DNA of 63,348 nt, filler included, from Octopus bimaculoides (GCF_001194135.2; 6 parts of 6 records of this genome joined end to end with filler, not necessarily neighbours in it), one strand, 5' to 3'; positions 13,180 through 26,956 are shown, counted from the whole stretch's first letter. Notes: generated by a model not told the origin, from the letters alone. A program made the numbers and translations.

Positions 13180-13370
13180 GAAGACTGGTGATGTCATTCT
13201 ATCAACGACCCGAGTGTGTTCAACTGGTACTTATTTTATCGACCCCGAAATGGAAATGATGAAAAGTAAAGTTGACCTCGGCGGAATTTGAACTCAGAAC
13301 GTAGCGGCGGGCGAAATAGTGTTAAGCATTTCGTCTAGTGTGCTAATGATTCTGCCAGCAAGCTGTCTTG
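13180..13370 (-). mobile_element. tRNA-derived SINE, family B (Meta-domain-like core)
   Basis: Reverse complement of GGCAGAATC.TTAGCAC...GTTCTGAGTTCAAATTCCGCCGAGGTCAACTTT...TCGATAAAATAAGTACCAG. The same family recurs many times in the window. Confidence 0.85.
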
Positions 13371-13371
13371 A

Positions 13372-13413
<42 letters not shown>

Positions 13414-13754
13414 CTCTAATAATAATAATAATGATAATAATAATGATTATAATAATAATGATAATAATAATAAAACGTGTGTGTGTGCGTAATGGCATAC
13501 GCATACACACACATATAAATAAACATAAATGTAAATATAAATAAATAAAAATATATATAAAGATATCCAGGGAGGGTAAAATGTGTCTAGATGGCCGGCA
13601 GTCACTGTGGGTATGGTATACGTCTCATTCCACCATATATTGTGATTTTAATAAAACATGTCTGAGAATGGTGTATATACATCAGTTATGATACAAAGAT
13701 ACGTAGTACAAACAGTATTAGATTAAAATAGTCATATGCGTTTCATACTTAATG

Positions 13755-15706
13755 CAAATACATAACGAAAAGCTTTCTATAAGTTTGCCAAAGAAACAAA
13801 TTCAGTGCACTGCAGGATAGGGCCACTCCTCGAAAAAGATGGTACACTCACAGGAAACCCAATGAGGATAAGTGAAATACTAAATGAGCAATTCAAAAGT
13901 ATTTTCACTCCACCACTAGGGCACTTTCAAGTCAACAATCCAGCTGACTTTTCTACCACTGCAGATATAAAAACAGAGGCAATGATGATCGATTACATCA
14001 ATATAAAGGAAGATGATGTAATAAGGGCTATAGATGAAATGAACTCAAACTCAGCTACAGGCCCTAATGGATTCCCAGCAATCCTTCTAAAAGTATGTAT
14101 GCGAGTCCTAGCAAGACCACTGCAGTCCCTCTTTCAGAACTTCCTTGCAACTGGTAAACTTCCAAGAAAACTGAAGGAGAGTAAAATATGCCCTATTCAT
14201 AAAGGAGGTAGCAGAGCGAAGGCCAAGAACTACAGACCTATCTCTCTGATCACGCACATCAGCAAGGTCATGGAACGAATAGTCAGAAGAAAACTAATCA
14301 CCTTCCTTGAAGAAAATGACTTGCTGCCTGACACCTAACATGGTTTCTGACTAGGAAGAAGCTGCCTGATTCAGCACTTACAACACTATGACTGGGTGCT
14401 CAGCCGCTCAAATGTGGAAGTGATATATCTCGACTGTGCAAAGGCCTTTGATAAAGTCAATCATGGAATGATATGTCACAAACTGCGTGATCTTGGCATA
14501 GGCGTGATCTCGGCATAATTGGGAGAATGGTTTCATGACTTTCTGAAGGATAGAAGTCAAGTGCTAGTAGCCAATGGGGCCACCTCCAATGACATGCAAA
14601 TAGTGAGCGGTGTTCCGTAAGGCACTGTTCTGGGACCACTACTGTTCATAATGGCCCTCTCAGATATGCCCTCAGTCACACAGAAAGCCACGATTACAAG
14701 TTATGCAGATGATACAAAAGTCTCACAGGTAATACAGAACCCTGAAGACACTATGCACCTGCAATGCGAGCTGGATGCAATATACAAGTGGGATGAAAAG
14801 AATAACATGCAGTTTAATGCTGAAAAGTTTCAAGCCTTGAGCTATCAGCATGCAAAACTAAATGCAATACCCATTAAATACACTGGACCTGGAGGGATTG
14901 CAATCCCAGAGGCACAGTCATTGCAAGACCTAGGCATTTACATGAGTAATGATGCATTCTTTCATGTGCATGCTGCTAAATTGGCAATGAAATGCAGGCG
15001 GCTGACCGGATAAATTTTTAGACCTTTTAGAACAAGAAATCAGGTAACCATAATAGTCCTCTAGAGGACACTTGTCCTAAGCCACTTTGACTATTGCTCT
15101 CAGCTATGGTCACCAACCAGTGTCAAATTAATCTCAAAACTTGAGGCAATCCAACGAAGCTACACGAAGAAGATAGCCTCTATGCAGCATATAAGCTATT
15201 GGGAAAGACTCAAGAGATTAAGACTCTATTCCTTAGAGCGTAGGTGAGAAAGATATGCCGTAATATACATTTGGAAGATCCTAGAAGGACTTGTCCCAAA
15301 CTTTGGCATCGAGAGTTACACAAATACTAGAATTGGGATCCACTGCATAGTGCCAAGGACTTCAAGTTTGCCATCAAGATGTAGGACAAGATACTGCAAT
15401 AACCTGGGCTTCATAGGTCCACAGCTCTTCAATATTATCCCGAAGGACCTGAGAGACCTGCATGGGATGGATGTAGGTGTCTTCAAAATAAAGCTGGACC
15501 TCTTCCTGCCAAGTGTCCCAGATGAACCAAGTTCGTGGCAGGAGGTGCAGATGAGGGCAGCTGCATCAAACTCTCTCATGCACCAAATGTCAATTCCTGA
15601 AAAGCATTCGTGAAGTAAAATAATGTAGCAACACCAAATGGCGGTGCCCCAGCATGGCCACAGCTCATGAGCAGAAACTAGATAAAATGAAAATGAAAAA
15701 ATGAAA
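13755..15706 (+). mobile_element. 5'-truncated CR1-clade LINE, reverse transcriptase region (disrupted)
   Basis: NYRPISL, HGF...GRSC, YLDxxKAFDKV, SGVP*GTVLGPLLF, YADDTK, KDLG-like motif, ERRRERY-like region. In-frame stops and frameshifts. (AAAATG)n tail at ~15680-15706. Confidence 0.95.
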
Positions 15707-16609
15707 GGCAAATCAACTGTAATATTCGACCGGAGATAACGTCTCTTATGGACTTCACCAGTCAGTCATTTTTATGTTGCGTAAATTCAAGCGCTTCTTA
15801 AAACTTTCAAACCAGGCTTTACTAACTAGAAAAGGCTTTTGTTTTTGTATTAGACGTTTCAGCTTCCCTTTTCTGGAAATCCTAATGAAAACTTTTAACA
15901 ATGTTAACTACTATCATGCTTAACGTACATTACATAGAATCTGATCCTCGATCCATACACCCAACAACTGTCCTAAAGAAGGACATTAGATTGTGAAAAA
16001 AATGTAAGGCAAGCAGTTAATGGAGTAACTTCTTGAACAGTTGATTTAATTTTCTCTCTATTGTCACGTATTGTTCTTTCCAATACAGGTTGCGTACTTT
16101 AATGTTTTGTCAATGATATTTTTGTCCCACATAAAGCCTTTTTAAAACATCAAGATTATTTTCGGTATAATACCTTTGCTATTATTGCACTACTACATTG
16201 AGATCTACTTGGTGTCTTCATTCTAAGACATCTTGAATTATAAGTAAATCCAACAGCGGTAGCGATCATCAATTATCAATAACAAATCTGTAGAAAAATG
16301 TTGCATCAGGAAAGAATTGTTTTATGAGAACAACAAAATTGTTGTTTAATTTCTATAGATGTGAAAAGAATATGAGGGGTTCATTGCACCTCACTCTGAA
16401 CTTCTTACTAAGAAACCCACATACTACTAACAAACACATACATACCTTACGCACAAATACACTCTCACATACACCCAACGTTTTGCTGACATACAACAGA
16501 TACAGCTATAGACATTGCTCTCATGCTGTTGTTGTTTTTGTCAATCGGTTATTCAAAAGTTGGTGGAATGGTAGACCAGATGATGTTGATTGTATTGGTT
16601 TAGGTCTTG

Positions 16610-16625
16610 GTGATGGCGGTGATGG

Positions 16626-16660
<35 letters not shown>

Positions 16661-16760
16661 GTAATGATGATGATGGTGATGTGATGGTAATGATGGTGGT
16701 GGTGGTGGTGGTGATGGTGATTGTGGTGACGGTGATGGTGATGATGTATGGTGGTAGCGC
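16610..16760. repeat. (GAT)n/(GGT)n compound trinucleotide repeat
   Basis: Direct. Explains the poly-D/H/T ORFs in the track. Confidence 0.95.
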
Positions 16761-17961
16761 GGTTACATTTTTCTCCTTCATTTGTTTTGTTTTGCCTGCT
16801 TAATCGCAAACCTCATTGACCTAAAATCAGTCATCTTATGCAACTTTTAAAATACACCAGGGAACCACCATTTTCCTATGTGATTGCCTTTTTGTTTTAG
16901 ATGGAATTGCTCACCTTGTTCATAAAGATGTTGATGCTTTCTGTTTGGTCTTTACGAAATTGGTAGGTTGGTAATGGAGATGAAAGTATTACAGAGTCTG
17001 GTATTATTATTGTTCGATTGGCGCTGATGTTGTGGTGGCGAAGATACATAGAAATAGAGATAGATAGATAGACAGAGAGAGAGGGAGGAGAGAGGGAGAG
17101 AGAGGGGAAGAGAGGGGGAGAGAGGGGAGAGAGGGAGNNNNNNNNNNNNNNNNNNNNNNNNNNNNNNNNNNNNNNNNNNNNNNNNNNNNNNNNNNNNNNN
17201 NNNNNNNNNNNNNNNNNNNNNNNNNNNNNNNNNNNNNNNNNNNNNNNNNNNNNNNNNNNNNNNNNNNNNNNNNNNNNNNNNNNNNNNNNNNNNNNNNNNN
17301 NNNNNNNNNNNNNNNNNNNNNNNNNNNNNNNNNNNNNNNNNNNNNNNNNNNNNNNNNNNNNNNNNNNNNNNNNNNNNNNNNNNNNNNNNNNNNNNNNNNN
17401 NNNNNNNNNNNNNNNNNNNNNNNNNNNNNNNNNNNNNNNNNNNNNNNNNNNNNNNNNNNNNNNNNNNNNNNNNNNNNNNNNNNNNNNNNNNNNNNNNNNN
17501 NNNNNNNNNNNNNNNNNNNNNNNNNNNNNNNNNNNNNNNNNNNNNNNNNNNNNNNNNNNNNNNNNNNNNNNNNNNNNNNNNNNNNNNNNNNNNNNNNNNN
17601 NNNNNNNNNNNNNNNNNNNNNNNNNNNNNNNNNNNNNNNNNNNNNNNNNNNNNNNNNNNNNNNNNNNNNNNNNNNNNNNNNNNNNNNNNNNNNNNNNNNN
17701 NNNNNNNNNNNNNNNNNNNNNNNNNNNNNNNNNNNNNNNNNNNNNNNNNNNNNNNNNNNNNNNNNNNNNNNNNNNNNNNNNNNNNNNNNNNNNNNNNNNN
17801 NNNNNNNNNNNNNNNNNNNNNNNNNNNNNNNNNNNNNNNNNNNNNNNNNNNNNNNNNNNNNNNNNNNNNNNNNNNNNNNNNNNNNNNNNNNNNNNNNNNN
17901 NNNNNNNNNNNNNNNNNNNNNNNNNNNNNNNNNNNNNNNNNNNNNNNNNNNNNNNNNNNNN

Positions 17962-19171
17962 TGGAATTAAAAATTATTTCTATGCATTTGTGTGCATTTA
18001 AACTAATTAAATATTATTTTACAGAATAATAGAATTAAAACTTCTTTGATTAAAACCCTTTCTAACATGGAAGTATCCAAAGAGCATTTGAGGCACATAA
18101 TGCTTTATGAGAACAAAAAAGGAAAATCTGCAGCCGAAGTGACTCGAAATGTACACTCAGTTTATGGGAAAGAATGCTTGAATGAAAGAACATGCAGAAG
18201 ATGGTTTTCAAAATTCAGAAGTGGAGAGTTCAGCCTTGAAGATGAAGATCGAACAGGACGTCCAGTTGAGTTTGATGATAAGCTCCTTGAGGCTTTACTT
18301 GAAAAAAATCCTGCATTATGAGTTGAAGAAATGGCAATAAAGCTTAGTTCAAACCATACAAGTGTTCATCATTATCTTCAACAACTTGTAAAGGTTCCTA
18401 AATTTGGAAAATGAGTGCCTCATGAATTGTCCGAAAGCAACTGCAATCCCGAGTTGACATCTGCTCTTGTCTCCATTCTCGCGAACTCATTTCACCCTGT
18501 TTGGATAGACTTGTGACTGGTGACGAAAAATGGATCTTCTATCGAAATGTTAAACGTCGTAAACAGTGACTGGTTAAAAGGGAAAAAGCTCAAACACAAC
18601 CGAGAAGGGAACATCATGGGAAATTTTTTCTTCTTTCTATCTGGTGGGATTGCAAAGGAGTAATTCACTTTGAATTGCTACCACCTAATGCAACAATCAA
18701 TGCTCAAGCCTACTGTCGGCAAATTGAGAGCTTGAACCAAGCTTTGAAGAAAAAAAGACCCACTTTAGTGAATCGAAAAGGAGTTGTGTTTCATCAGGAC
18801 AATGCGCGACCCACACTGCAAAGATCACATCACAGAAGATCGAAGTGCTTGGTTTGGAAAAAATTCCTCATCCAACTTATTCTCCCGACCTTGCTCATTC
18901 AGACTACCATTCGTTTCGCAGTTTACAGAATCATTTGGGAAACATGACTATCGCAAGCCAGGAGGAGGTCAAAACTGACATTTCAGAGTTCTTCGCTTTG
19001 AAACCAAAAGAGTGTTACATTGACGGGATTAAAAAAGCTTGTAAATAGATGGAAGGAAGTCATAGATAATCAGAGAAAGTACATTGATGATTAAATTTCA
19101 ATTAAATATGACATTTGATCATTTGTTTTCTTTATTCACATTTCGGACAGAACTTATGGGATGACCTGATA
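17962..19171 (+). mobile_element. Mariner (D,D34D) transposon, left end lost in gap; transposase pseudogene 18067-19094
   Basis: MEVSKEHLRH...WFSKFRSG...*VPHEL...VTGDEKW...HQDNARPH...HPTYSPDLAHSDY. Right TIR ...CTTATGGGATGACCTGA followed by TA at 19170-71. Confidence 0.95.
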
Positions 19172-20090
19172 AATAGATGTATGTATGTGTGGGTGCATGG
19201 AGGGGTGCATGTATATATGTGTATATGCACATGTATGTAAGCATATGGATATGGAAATAAAGAGATCAACATACAGACAGATAGTACATAAGTTATATGA
19301 ACAGGCAAGCACACACAAGCAAATGGAGACTGAAGCACATGACCATATATACACACACTTTACTTCAAACAAGGACACAAATGGAGACACGTGTTCACAC
19401 ATATGGAGATGCACATCCATCCATACAAACACGGTACATAGTTGCAAAACACACACACACAGTCACTCAGACATGCACACACAAGGAGACAGAGATGCAT
19501 ACATATACAAACACACGTACGCACACATATACATAAAAAATACACAAACACATACATGCAAGAACATGAAAATGCAGAATACATACAGATGCACACATAT
19601 ACATACATATATATACATATGCATACACACACACATATATACATACACACACATGAATACAAACATACATACATACATACATGCTTGCATAGGCATACAC
19701 ACACACACACACACTAACCCACACACATGCGCACAAACAAACAAAAAAGGAACGCAGTGTAAATAACGGACAGAGTCAAGACTATTGAAAAGGTTGCAAG
19801 ACGCACGTGAAAATTTTATCAGTGAGTGTGTTAAATTTTAAGGCACAAAAAGAAAATGACTATCCCCAGACACAACAGAATATGCTTCAATACACGAACT
19901 TACATAAAAAAATCTTGCAAACCAAATCCAAAAACGAAATATAATTATAGAGCATATCCCCAAATTCTTTATTACACTTTACAATGTCTGTAAGCGTGAA
20001 ATATCATAGTCTGAGGTAGTCGATAGATATATGTATGTATGTGTCTNNNNNNNNNNNNNNNNNNNNNNNNNNNNNNNNNNNNNNNNNNNN

Positions 20091-20102
20091 TTAATTAATT
20101 AA
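20091..20102. other. Assembly linker TTAATTAATTAA inside a 100-bp gap (44N-12-44N); also at 34676, 50863, 54478, 62190
   Basis: Identical 12-mer with stops in all six frames, centred in N runs. Not biological. Confidence 0.95.
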
Positions 20103-20849
20103 NNNNNNNNNNNNNNNNNNNNNNNNNNNNNNNNNNNNNNNNNNNNTATATGTATACGTAAAGGTATATGTATGGATCACTTTAATACGACTGTAATTTT
20201 TTTTAAAAAATGGTTTCACATTCAGGTCTAGTGATCAAATGATGGGTCTGCAGTTAATGATGCATCCTAGAAATACATTGCATGTGAATAAAACACACAC
20301 ATACACACACACACACACACACACAGGCATGCTTAAAAATATGCACATTTATATACACACGTATATGTGTGTATGTGTGCATGCCTGTATTTTTGTATAT
20401 GTGTATATGTTTGTATGTATAGGTGTATGTACTTTTGAATGCCCCCGGAAGACCCATGTACTTTTCCCCTGAAATCCTATGAGATGTAAGTCCTAAGATA
20501 CGTCTCGTTGATTATGAAGACCTAAATTTGTGGAGGTTCTAAAATTTACAAGTACAATTCACACGTATTTACATTCTATAAAAGTCAGAATATGTGATGC
20601 GCATGCCTTGCCCTCAACAAATGCAACACTAATTCAATGTTATAACGTCTATACTGACATATACAAAATGTTGTGAAAAATTATTCCTTTATTTGTGAGA
20701 TCGGCGATGCTGGAACACGCACTGAAGGGTTTTTTTGAAGTCGACCTCAATACTTATTTTAAAGAAGTCCGCTATTTACTTTATCGGTCTCTTTCACAGA
20801 AGAGCTAAGTTATGGGGGCAAAGAAAAAACACAGCCACACATAAATATA

Positions 20850-21955
20850 TTGGGTCATCCCATAAATAATGCGGTTTTTAATGCTTCTTTTATTTTTCAA
20901 AATTAAGATAAACAATGTCTTTTCTTGATCTAAAATATGCTCCCCTTCATTTTCTACAATACTCTTCCATTTACCCTGGTAGAGGTCCAAGGAGCCTCTT
21001 CCAAAATTCACTTGTTGGTGACGAAAAATACTCCTCCATTACTGTTCTGACTTCGTCTTAAAATTTCCTATTTTTTCCGTCCAAATGATTTTGAAGACTG
21101 CGAAATAAATGATAATCAGATGGGGCAATGCCCGGTGAATATGGTGAATGGGGCATCGTTTCCCGTTCAAACTCCTCCAGCCTTTGGAATGCCATCCTCG
21201 CTGTATGTGGCCGAGCATTATCCTGATGGAAGAACACCTTTCATCTTGAAACCAAAGATGGTCGTTTTCCTTCTGGCGCTGACGGAGGCCGTTCAAGCTG
21301 CTTGCAGTGCATCTCCTTTGTCATCGTTTGGTTTAGTTTGGGTTTAAAAGTTCAACGTGGACTAAACTTTTCATATCTCACGAAACAGATGACAACACCT
21401 TACGTGGGTGAGGACCTTCTTTAGCCTGGAGTCCCGTGTTTCTTCTTTCCCAACCCACTGTTTTCGGTGCTTAACATTTTTATAGAGAACCCATTTCTTG
21501 TCCCCAGTCACTATTCGGTCCAAAAAAGGTTCATTCGTGAGACGTGACAGCAAAGAAGAGCACACGTTCACTCTCTACGCGGAATTAGACTCGGAAAGTT
21601 TGTGAAAATATCCATTGACCCAATTTCCAAACTTTTCTCATGGCACAGAGGAGTCGATGAATGGCTGAACGACCAAATCCAAGCTTCTCAGCCAGTTCCG
21701 CAACAGTTACGATCAGATTTTGTTCCACTAGGGTCTGCAGGACATCCTTGTCGAGCTCTACAGATCTTCCAGGACGAGGCTCGTCTTATAGGCTGTTAAA
21801 ACTGAACTTCACCCTTCAAAAGTTGCACTAAGAATAAGGACAAGGTAAGATTACTACCTGTTTTTATAGCAAGTTGATGCACGTAGTTTTCCCTCCCCCC
21901 ACCAACCTTCAGTTCATGCAATTGAAAAAACTGCATTATTTATGGGATGACCCAA
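20850..21955 (-). mobile_element. Mariner transposon with both TIRs, internally deleted at the N-terminus
   Basis: ~30-bp TIRs TTGGGTCATCCCATAAATAATGC.GTTTTT at both ends, TA on the left. Minus strand reads DEPRPGRSVELD, IVTGDKKW, HQDNARPH, HSPYSPGIAPSDY. About 1.1 kb. Confidence 0.95.
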
Positions 21956-22096
21956 TTTATAAAACAATGTACGTGCGTTCTTATGAGAGGCAGCATATGA
22001 GAGGATCTCTGAGGGTAAATACCACCGTATTTGCGTTCTAATAATACATCCCCATTAAGTAGGATATAAAGATTGTTATTCAGTATCCGTCACTAA

Positions 22097-22098
22097 TG

Positions 22099-22151
<53 letters not shown>

Positions 22152-22162
22152 GTCTGTCTGTT

Positions 22163-22197
<35 letters not shown>

Positions 22198-22280
22198 ATA
22201 TCTACCTACCTATCTGTCTGTCTATCTGTCTGTCTGTCTATCTCTGTCTGTCTGTCTATCTCTGTCTGTCTGTCTATCTC
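22097..22280. repeat. (TATC)n/(TGTC)n compound microsatellite
   Basis: Direct. Confidence 0.95.
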
Positions 22281-22349
22281 TGTCTGTCTGTCTGTCCCTC
22301 TCAATCTCAAGAGAAACATAACAAATATCAGTGTTGACTATAGTCTTTT

Positions 22350-22790
22350 TCTTTTGTCTCTTACTTGTTTCACTCATCAGATTGCGGCCACGTTGGGTCA
22401 CCACCATCAAAAAAAATTTAGTCGAACAAATCAACCCCAGGACTTCTATTTCTTTAAACCTGCTGCTTATTCTATCGGTTTCTTTTGCCGAAACGCTAGA
22501 TTATGGTGGCATAAACACACCAGTATCGGTTGTTCAGTGGTAGTGGTGGTGGGAACGAATACCCCCCCCACACACACACACACATACACACTTACAAACA
22601 CACACACATTTATATATATACTAGGACAGGTTTCTTTCCGTTCTGGTCTACCAAATCTACTTACAATGCTTTGGCCGCCCTGAGTCTATAGTAGAACACA
22701 CTTGCTCAAGGTTTCACGCAATGGAATTGAACCCGGAATCATGTGGTTGGGAAGCAAGCTTCTTACTGCACAGCTACATCTGCGCCTATA
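22350..22790 (-). mobile_element. tRNA-derived SINE, family A (CORE-like head, internal microsatellite, conserved tail)
   Basis: Head with A/B-box-like motifs plus CCTTGGGCAAGTG-like core. Tail ...GATAGAATAAG...GGGGTCGATTTG...GAAACAAGTAAAAGA. Family consensus inferred from many copies in the window. Confidence 0.85.
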
Positions 22791-23679
22791 AAATATTTTT
22801 AAAAAAGCGAACGAAATTATCTGACAACATAGCATTTATAGACAATGTTGGCCGTATTTGGAGCAGCCAGGAAATACGTCTTTCTTTTTTTTAGTGGAAA
22901 CTTTAAATGATGTCAATGTCTCCCTCAAATGATATAAGCGTAGGCAACTTTCGCTAAAGAACTGAGAACCACACAGATTTCGATGTCTTAGTGTAGCTAA
23001 ATTTCCTGCTCGCTCTTTCTGAGTTTGATTTTACCGAGGTCAACATTTTGATTTTTATGGGGTCATAAGAAGTAGATTGATAGATAAAATAGATGTCAAT
23101 ATCATAGGAAGGGGTTATGTCAGTGAACAATAAATCTTGCTTGTTCTTAAAATAATCTTATGACTAAGAGGGGGAAAATATGGTATGTTAGAAATATCTA
23201 AGTTATTAAGACAGTTCTTGTATCTGATTCCGCGTAAGGTGGCAAGGTAGAATGACATTAGATATATCGTTACTATTTCATCGACCACAAACTGACGTAA
23301 AGAAATATTTCATCTTGAAGGATCATTCATTTTTAAATTAATAACATTATGCAGACTAAGTCATAATATATTTTCGCATTTTGCTATTGTGTCTCACAAA
23401 AGTGGGGTGGATTGGTAGATCGTTAGCACATCGTACAAAATACTTTGATGTATTTGTTCCGGCACTTTATATTCTCAGTTCAAGTTCCTGAGGTAAACTT
23501 GTTTTTTTTCCTTATCTTTTCAGAGTTAATAAAATAAAAAAAATTAAAAATCAATTAACTAGTGATATCGATTTGCACCAGGTCTCTTTCTCATTGACTC
23601 TTGCTTGCCCTGTTTTACCTGACATGCTAAGGATTCCGCCAGCTCGCCGCCTTAAAATTCTGTTTTGTATCTGCAATAC

Positions 23680-24260
23680 ATATAAAGCGAGGAGCTTGCC
23701 GAATCGTAAACCGTAAGTACTCTCAGGAAATGCTTTGCGGCATTTCGTCCGTCCTTTACGTTCTGAGTTCAAATTCCACCGAGGTTGAATTTGCCTTTGA
23801 TCTTTTCGGGATCCATGAAATAGGTACCAGTTGAGTAATCTATCTAATCGACTTACCCCTCCGCCGAACTTACTGGCCTTGTGCTAAAATTTGAAACCAA
23901 TATTACGACTCATATATTCCGCCGAGGTCAACTATACCTTTTATCCTTTCAGGGTCGATAAAATAGGTACCAGTTGCTCACTGGGGTCGATGTAATCGAC
24001 TTACTCCGTTCCCTCGAAATTGCTGTGACTGTGCTAAAATTTGAAACCAATATTACTGCACATATAAAGCGGAGAGGTGGCCCAACCGTTAGCATAATAC
24101 TTAGCGGCATTTCGCCCGTCATTACGTTCTAAGTTCAAATACTTAAGAGGTCGACTTTGCTTTTCATCCTTTCGAGGTCAATAAAATAAGAAAATAAATA
24201 CCATTTAATCACTGGGGTCAATCTAATCGACGTACTACCTCCCTCGAACTTGCTGCTCTC
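23680..24260 (+). mobile_element. Three head-to-tail family B SINE copies
   Basis: Units at ~23680-23905, ~23915-24052 and ~24060-24260. The first two end in GTGCTAAAATTTGAAACCAATATTAC. Confidence 0.85.
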
Positions 24261-24577
24261 TCGAATTTGCTGCTCCCTTGAACTTACTGCTCCCTTAAAC
24301 TAGCTGCTCCCTCAAATTAGCTGCTTCCTCAAACTAGCTACTCCCTCGAACAAGCTGCTCCCTCGAACAAGCTGCTCCCTCGAACTAGCTACTCCCTCAA
24401 ACTAGCTGCTCCCTCGAACAAGCTGCTCCCTCGAACAAACTGCTCCCTCAAACTAGCTCATCCCTCGAACTAGCTCATCCCTCGAACTAGCTCATCCCTC
24501 AAACTAGCTCATCCCTCGAACTTACTTTGCTGCTCCTTCGAACTAGCTGCTCCCTCAAACTTGCTTCTCCTTCGAAC
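24239..24577 (+). repeat. 17-bp minisatellite (CTCCCTCGAACTAGCTG), ~20 copies
   Basis: Direct tandem array. The unit matches TCCCTCGAAATTGCTG in the preceding SINE copy. Confidence 0.95.
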
Positions 24578-24649
24578 GTGATTTATAATGAGAAACTTAT
24601 TACATAAAGAATAAGCACAAGATAGATTGCAAGCTTATAGTGACTTATG

Positions 24650-24915
24650 GTTAGACTTAGGTCAGTCTACATTGCTCGGTAAGGAGCTTAGCGCCGGTTC
24701 CCCGGGTTCTCTAGTGAGTATATTCCTCTCTGAACGAGGCGCCAGTCCATCGAATGATGGATGAGACGCCGGTCCGTCTCATGTTTACTAAATCATTGGA
24801 CAGGAGCAATGTTAAAGAAAGCGTTTTGCTCAAGAACACAACGCATCATCCGGTCCAGGAATCAAAATTATAATATTACGATCATGAGTCTACGAACCAT
24901 TAAGCCGAACGCCTC
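24650..24915 (-). mobile_element. tRNA-derived SINE, third family; relatives at ~44085-44260 and ~47720-47945
   Basis: Shared GGAGCAA...TGCTCAAGAACACAA.GCATC...GGTCCA.GAA...CGATCATGAGTC motif, with a reverse B-box-like end. Confidence 0.65.
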
Positions 24916-25149
24916 CATTATAGTGACTCGTGTACAAAACTAAAGTCCAAGTAAATTGAAATGTAATTTTCGTAACCCTCGACGGCCTAATCACCCAAGT
25001 CGCAAATAGGGTTCACTTGAATGAACAATAGGGGAAGCATTAAGGGATTGATGACAACTTAGTTATTTTGCAAGAGGCTCTCTGCAAATGCTTCGCGGGA
25101 GACTCAATGTGATCGGTCCACCTGCTAGAGCCAGCAGCCGAATCACTTG

Positions 25150-25385
25150 CAAAGCACATACCACTGTATTGGTTACACATTGTGGCACGAAGCCAGCATG
25201 TTCCGGGGAGGAGCTAGGTCGATTACATCGACCCCAGTGTTCAACTGGTACTTATTTTTTCGCCCTCGAAAGGATAAAAGGCAAAGTCGACCCCGCCGGA
25301 ATTTGAACTCAGAACGCAAAGACGGATGAAATGTCGCTAAGCATTTGCCCCACCTGCTAACTATTGTACCTGCTTGGCACCTTTA
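25150..25385 (-). mobile_element. Family B SINE
   Basis: ATCGACCCCAGTG...CTGGTACTTA...GGCAAAGTCGACC...GGAATTTGAACTCAGAACG. Confidence 0.85.
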
Positions 25386-25454
25386 TCACACAGTGCTATT
25401 TTAAAATAAGATAAAGAATGCGTAGTCTTTTATACATACATACATATAAATATG

Positions 25455-25499
<45 letters not shown>

Positions 25500-26843
25500 T
25501 GATAGATACATAGAGAGATAGATCAAGTTGAAATAGTAATGTAATTAGAATACGTTTGATCATAGATCTGCTAAATCCTGGCTCACTTGACCTCACCAGT
25601 CTGACAGAAACTGAAACGCTTAAGGACCTCGTCTCATCTTTTCGTGCTATGTAACAGAAATAACATAAGCCTAGACAACCTAATCCTCTTAGTAGTGAAC
25701 AGGGATCACTTGACGGTGCATTAGCAGAATCACTATATGATTGATAACAGATTTGTTAATTTACGTGAAGATCTGTTAAAAACTTTCGAGGGAGCTTAAA
25801 AGGGCAAAAATAGAAATAAAAATGATTGGTCCACCTGCTAGATCTAGCAGCTAAATTTTCTGCAAATCACATACTAATATATTAAAATAAAATGAAGCAT
25901 GCGTAGGTCTTCATATGTAAAAATCCGAGATCGTAATAGCATTGGTTGAATACCTATGATCATAAGTCTTCTTGTTTAGGACTGAGTTGGAGGTGAGTGT
26001 TACACAGCAACAACGGGCACAACAACAGCGATAGCAGCAACAAGAACAAGACCTTCCTGGTGGAATGAGAGATTAGTTCCGCTGGATTAGCTTATCTTAG
26101 ATACACTGCATTAAGACGAAGCCTTTACTGTTTGTTACCCATGACAACACACCGGTTCATGGCACTAAACACCGGCAGTTAAGCAAATAAAATACTACAA
26201 CATATATAATATAATACAATATAAAAAATATAAAACATAAAAGTAAATACTAAGAGCAATAACACCAATTAGTAAACATTTTATATTTCACAATATTATC
26301 TATAAAATAATTAACAACTTCAAAAAAAAAACAAACATCATCACAAAGAAACAAGAAATAAGAAAATAAAATGTAAACTTCTAACTACCTTCAACTGAAG
26401 TTAAATTAATCGTGAATTTTACAACGGGAAGTAAAGATGACAGCAAAGATTTGCACGATTCTGCGGAGGTACACACGCACACGTGTGCATTTTATGACCG
26501 AAAGCATTAAGCACGTTACCGGAAAGACATTTGAATGGTTATCTATTTTACTGTTGGCCCATGCCACTAGAAACAGATTACCGGGTTTCTTTTTCTATTA
26601 TTTCGATATATTTTATTACTGTTAAACATTCTAACGTGTATAGTTTTAATATCTAACGGGCACCCCTATAGGGTTTCATAGTTGAGAGAGATACGCGCCA
26701 GTCCATTTACATACCTTTCTATCCGCCATTCTGTCTGTCTATCTATCTATCCATCTATCTATCTGTCTCTCTATATATCTGTACATCTATCTATCTATCT
26801 ACCTACAAACTTGTCTATCTATATCTATCTGTCTATCTGTCTG

Positions 26844-26900
<57 letters not shown>

Positions 26901-26911
26901 GTCTATCCGTC

Positions 26912-26956
<45 letters not shown>

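Noticed and set aside
20091-20102. Recurrent TTAATTAATTAA as a regulatory or target motif
   Set aside because: Always centred in identical 44N flanks, so it is an assembly linker.
24239-24577. CRISPR-like array
   Set aside because: The units are contiguous with no spacers, there are no cas genes, and the unit derives from a SINE.
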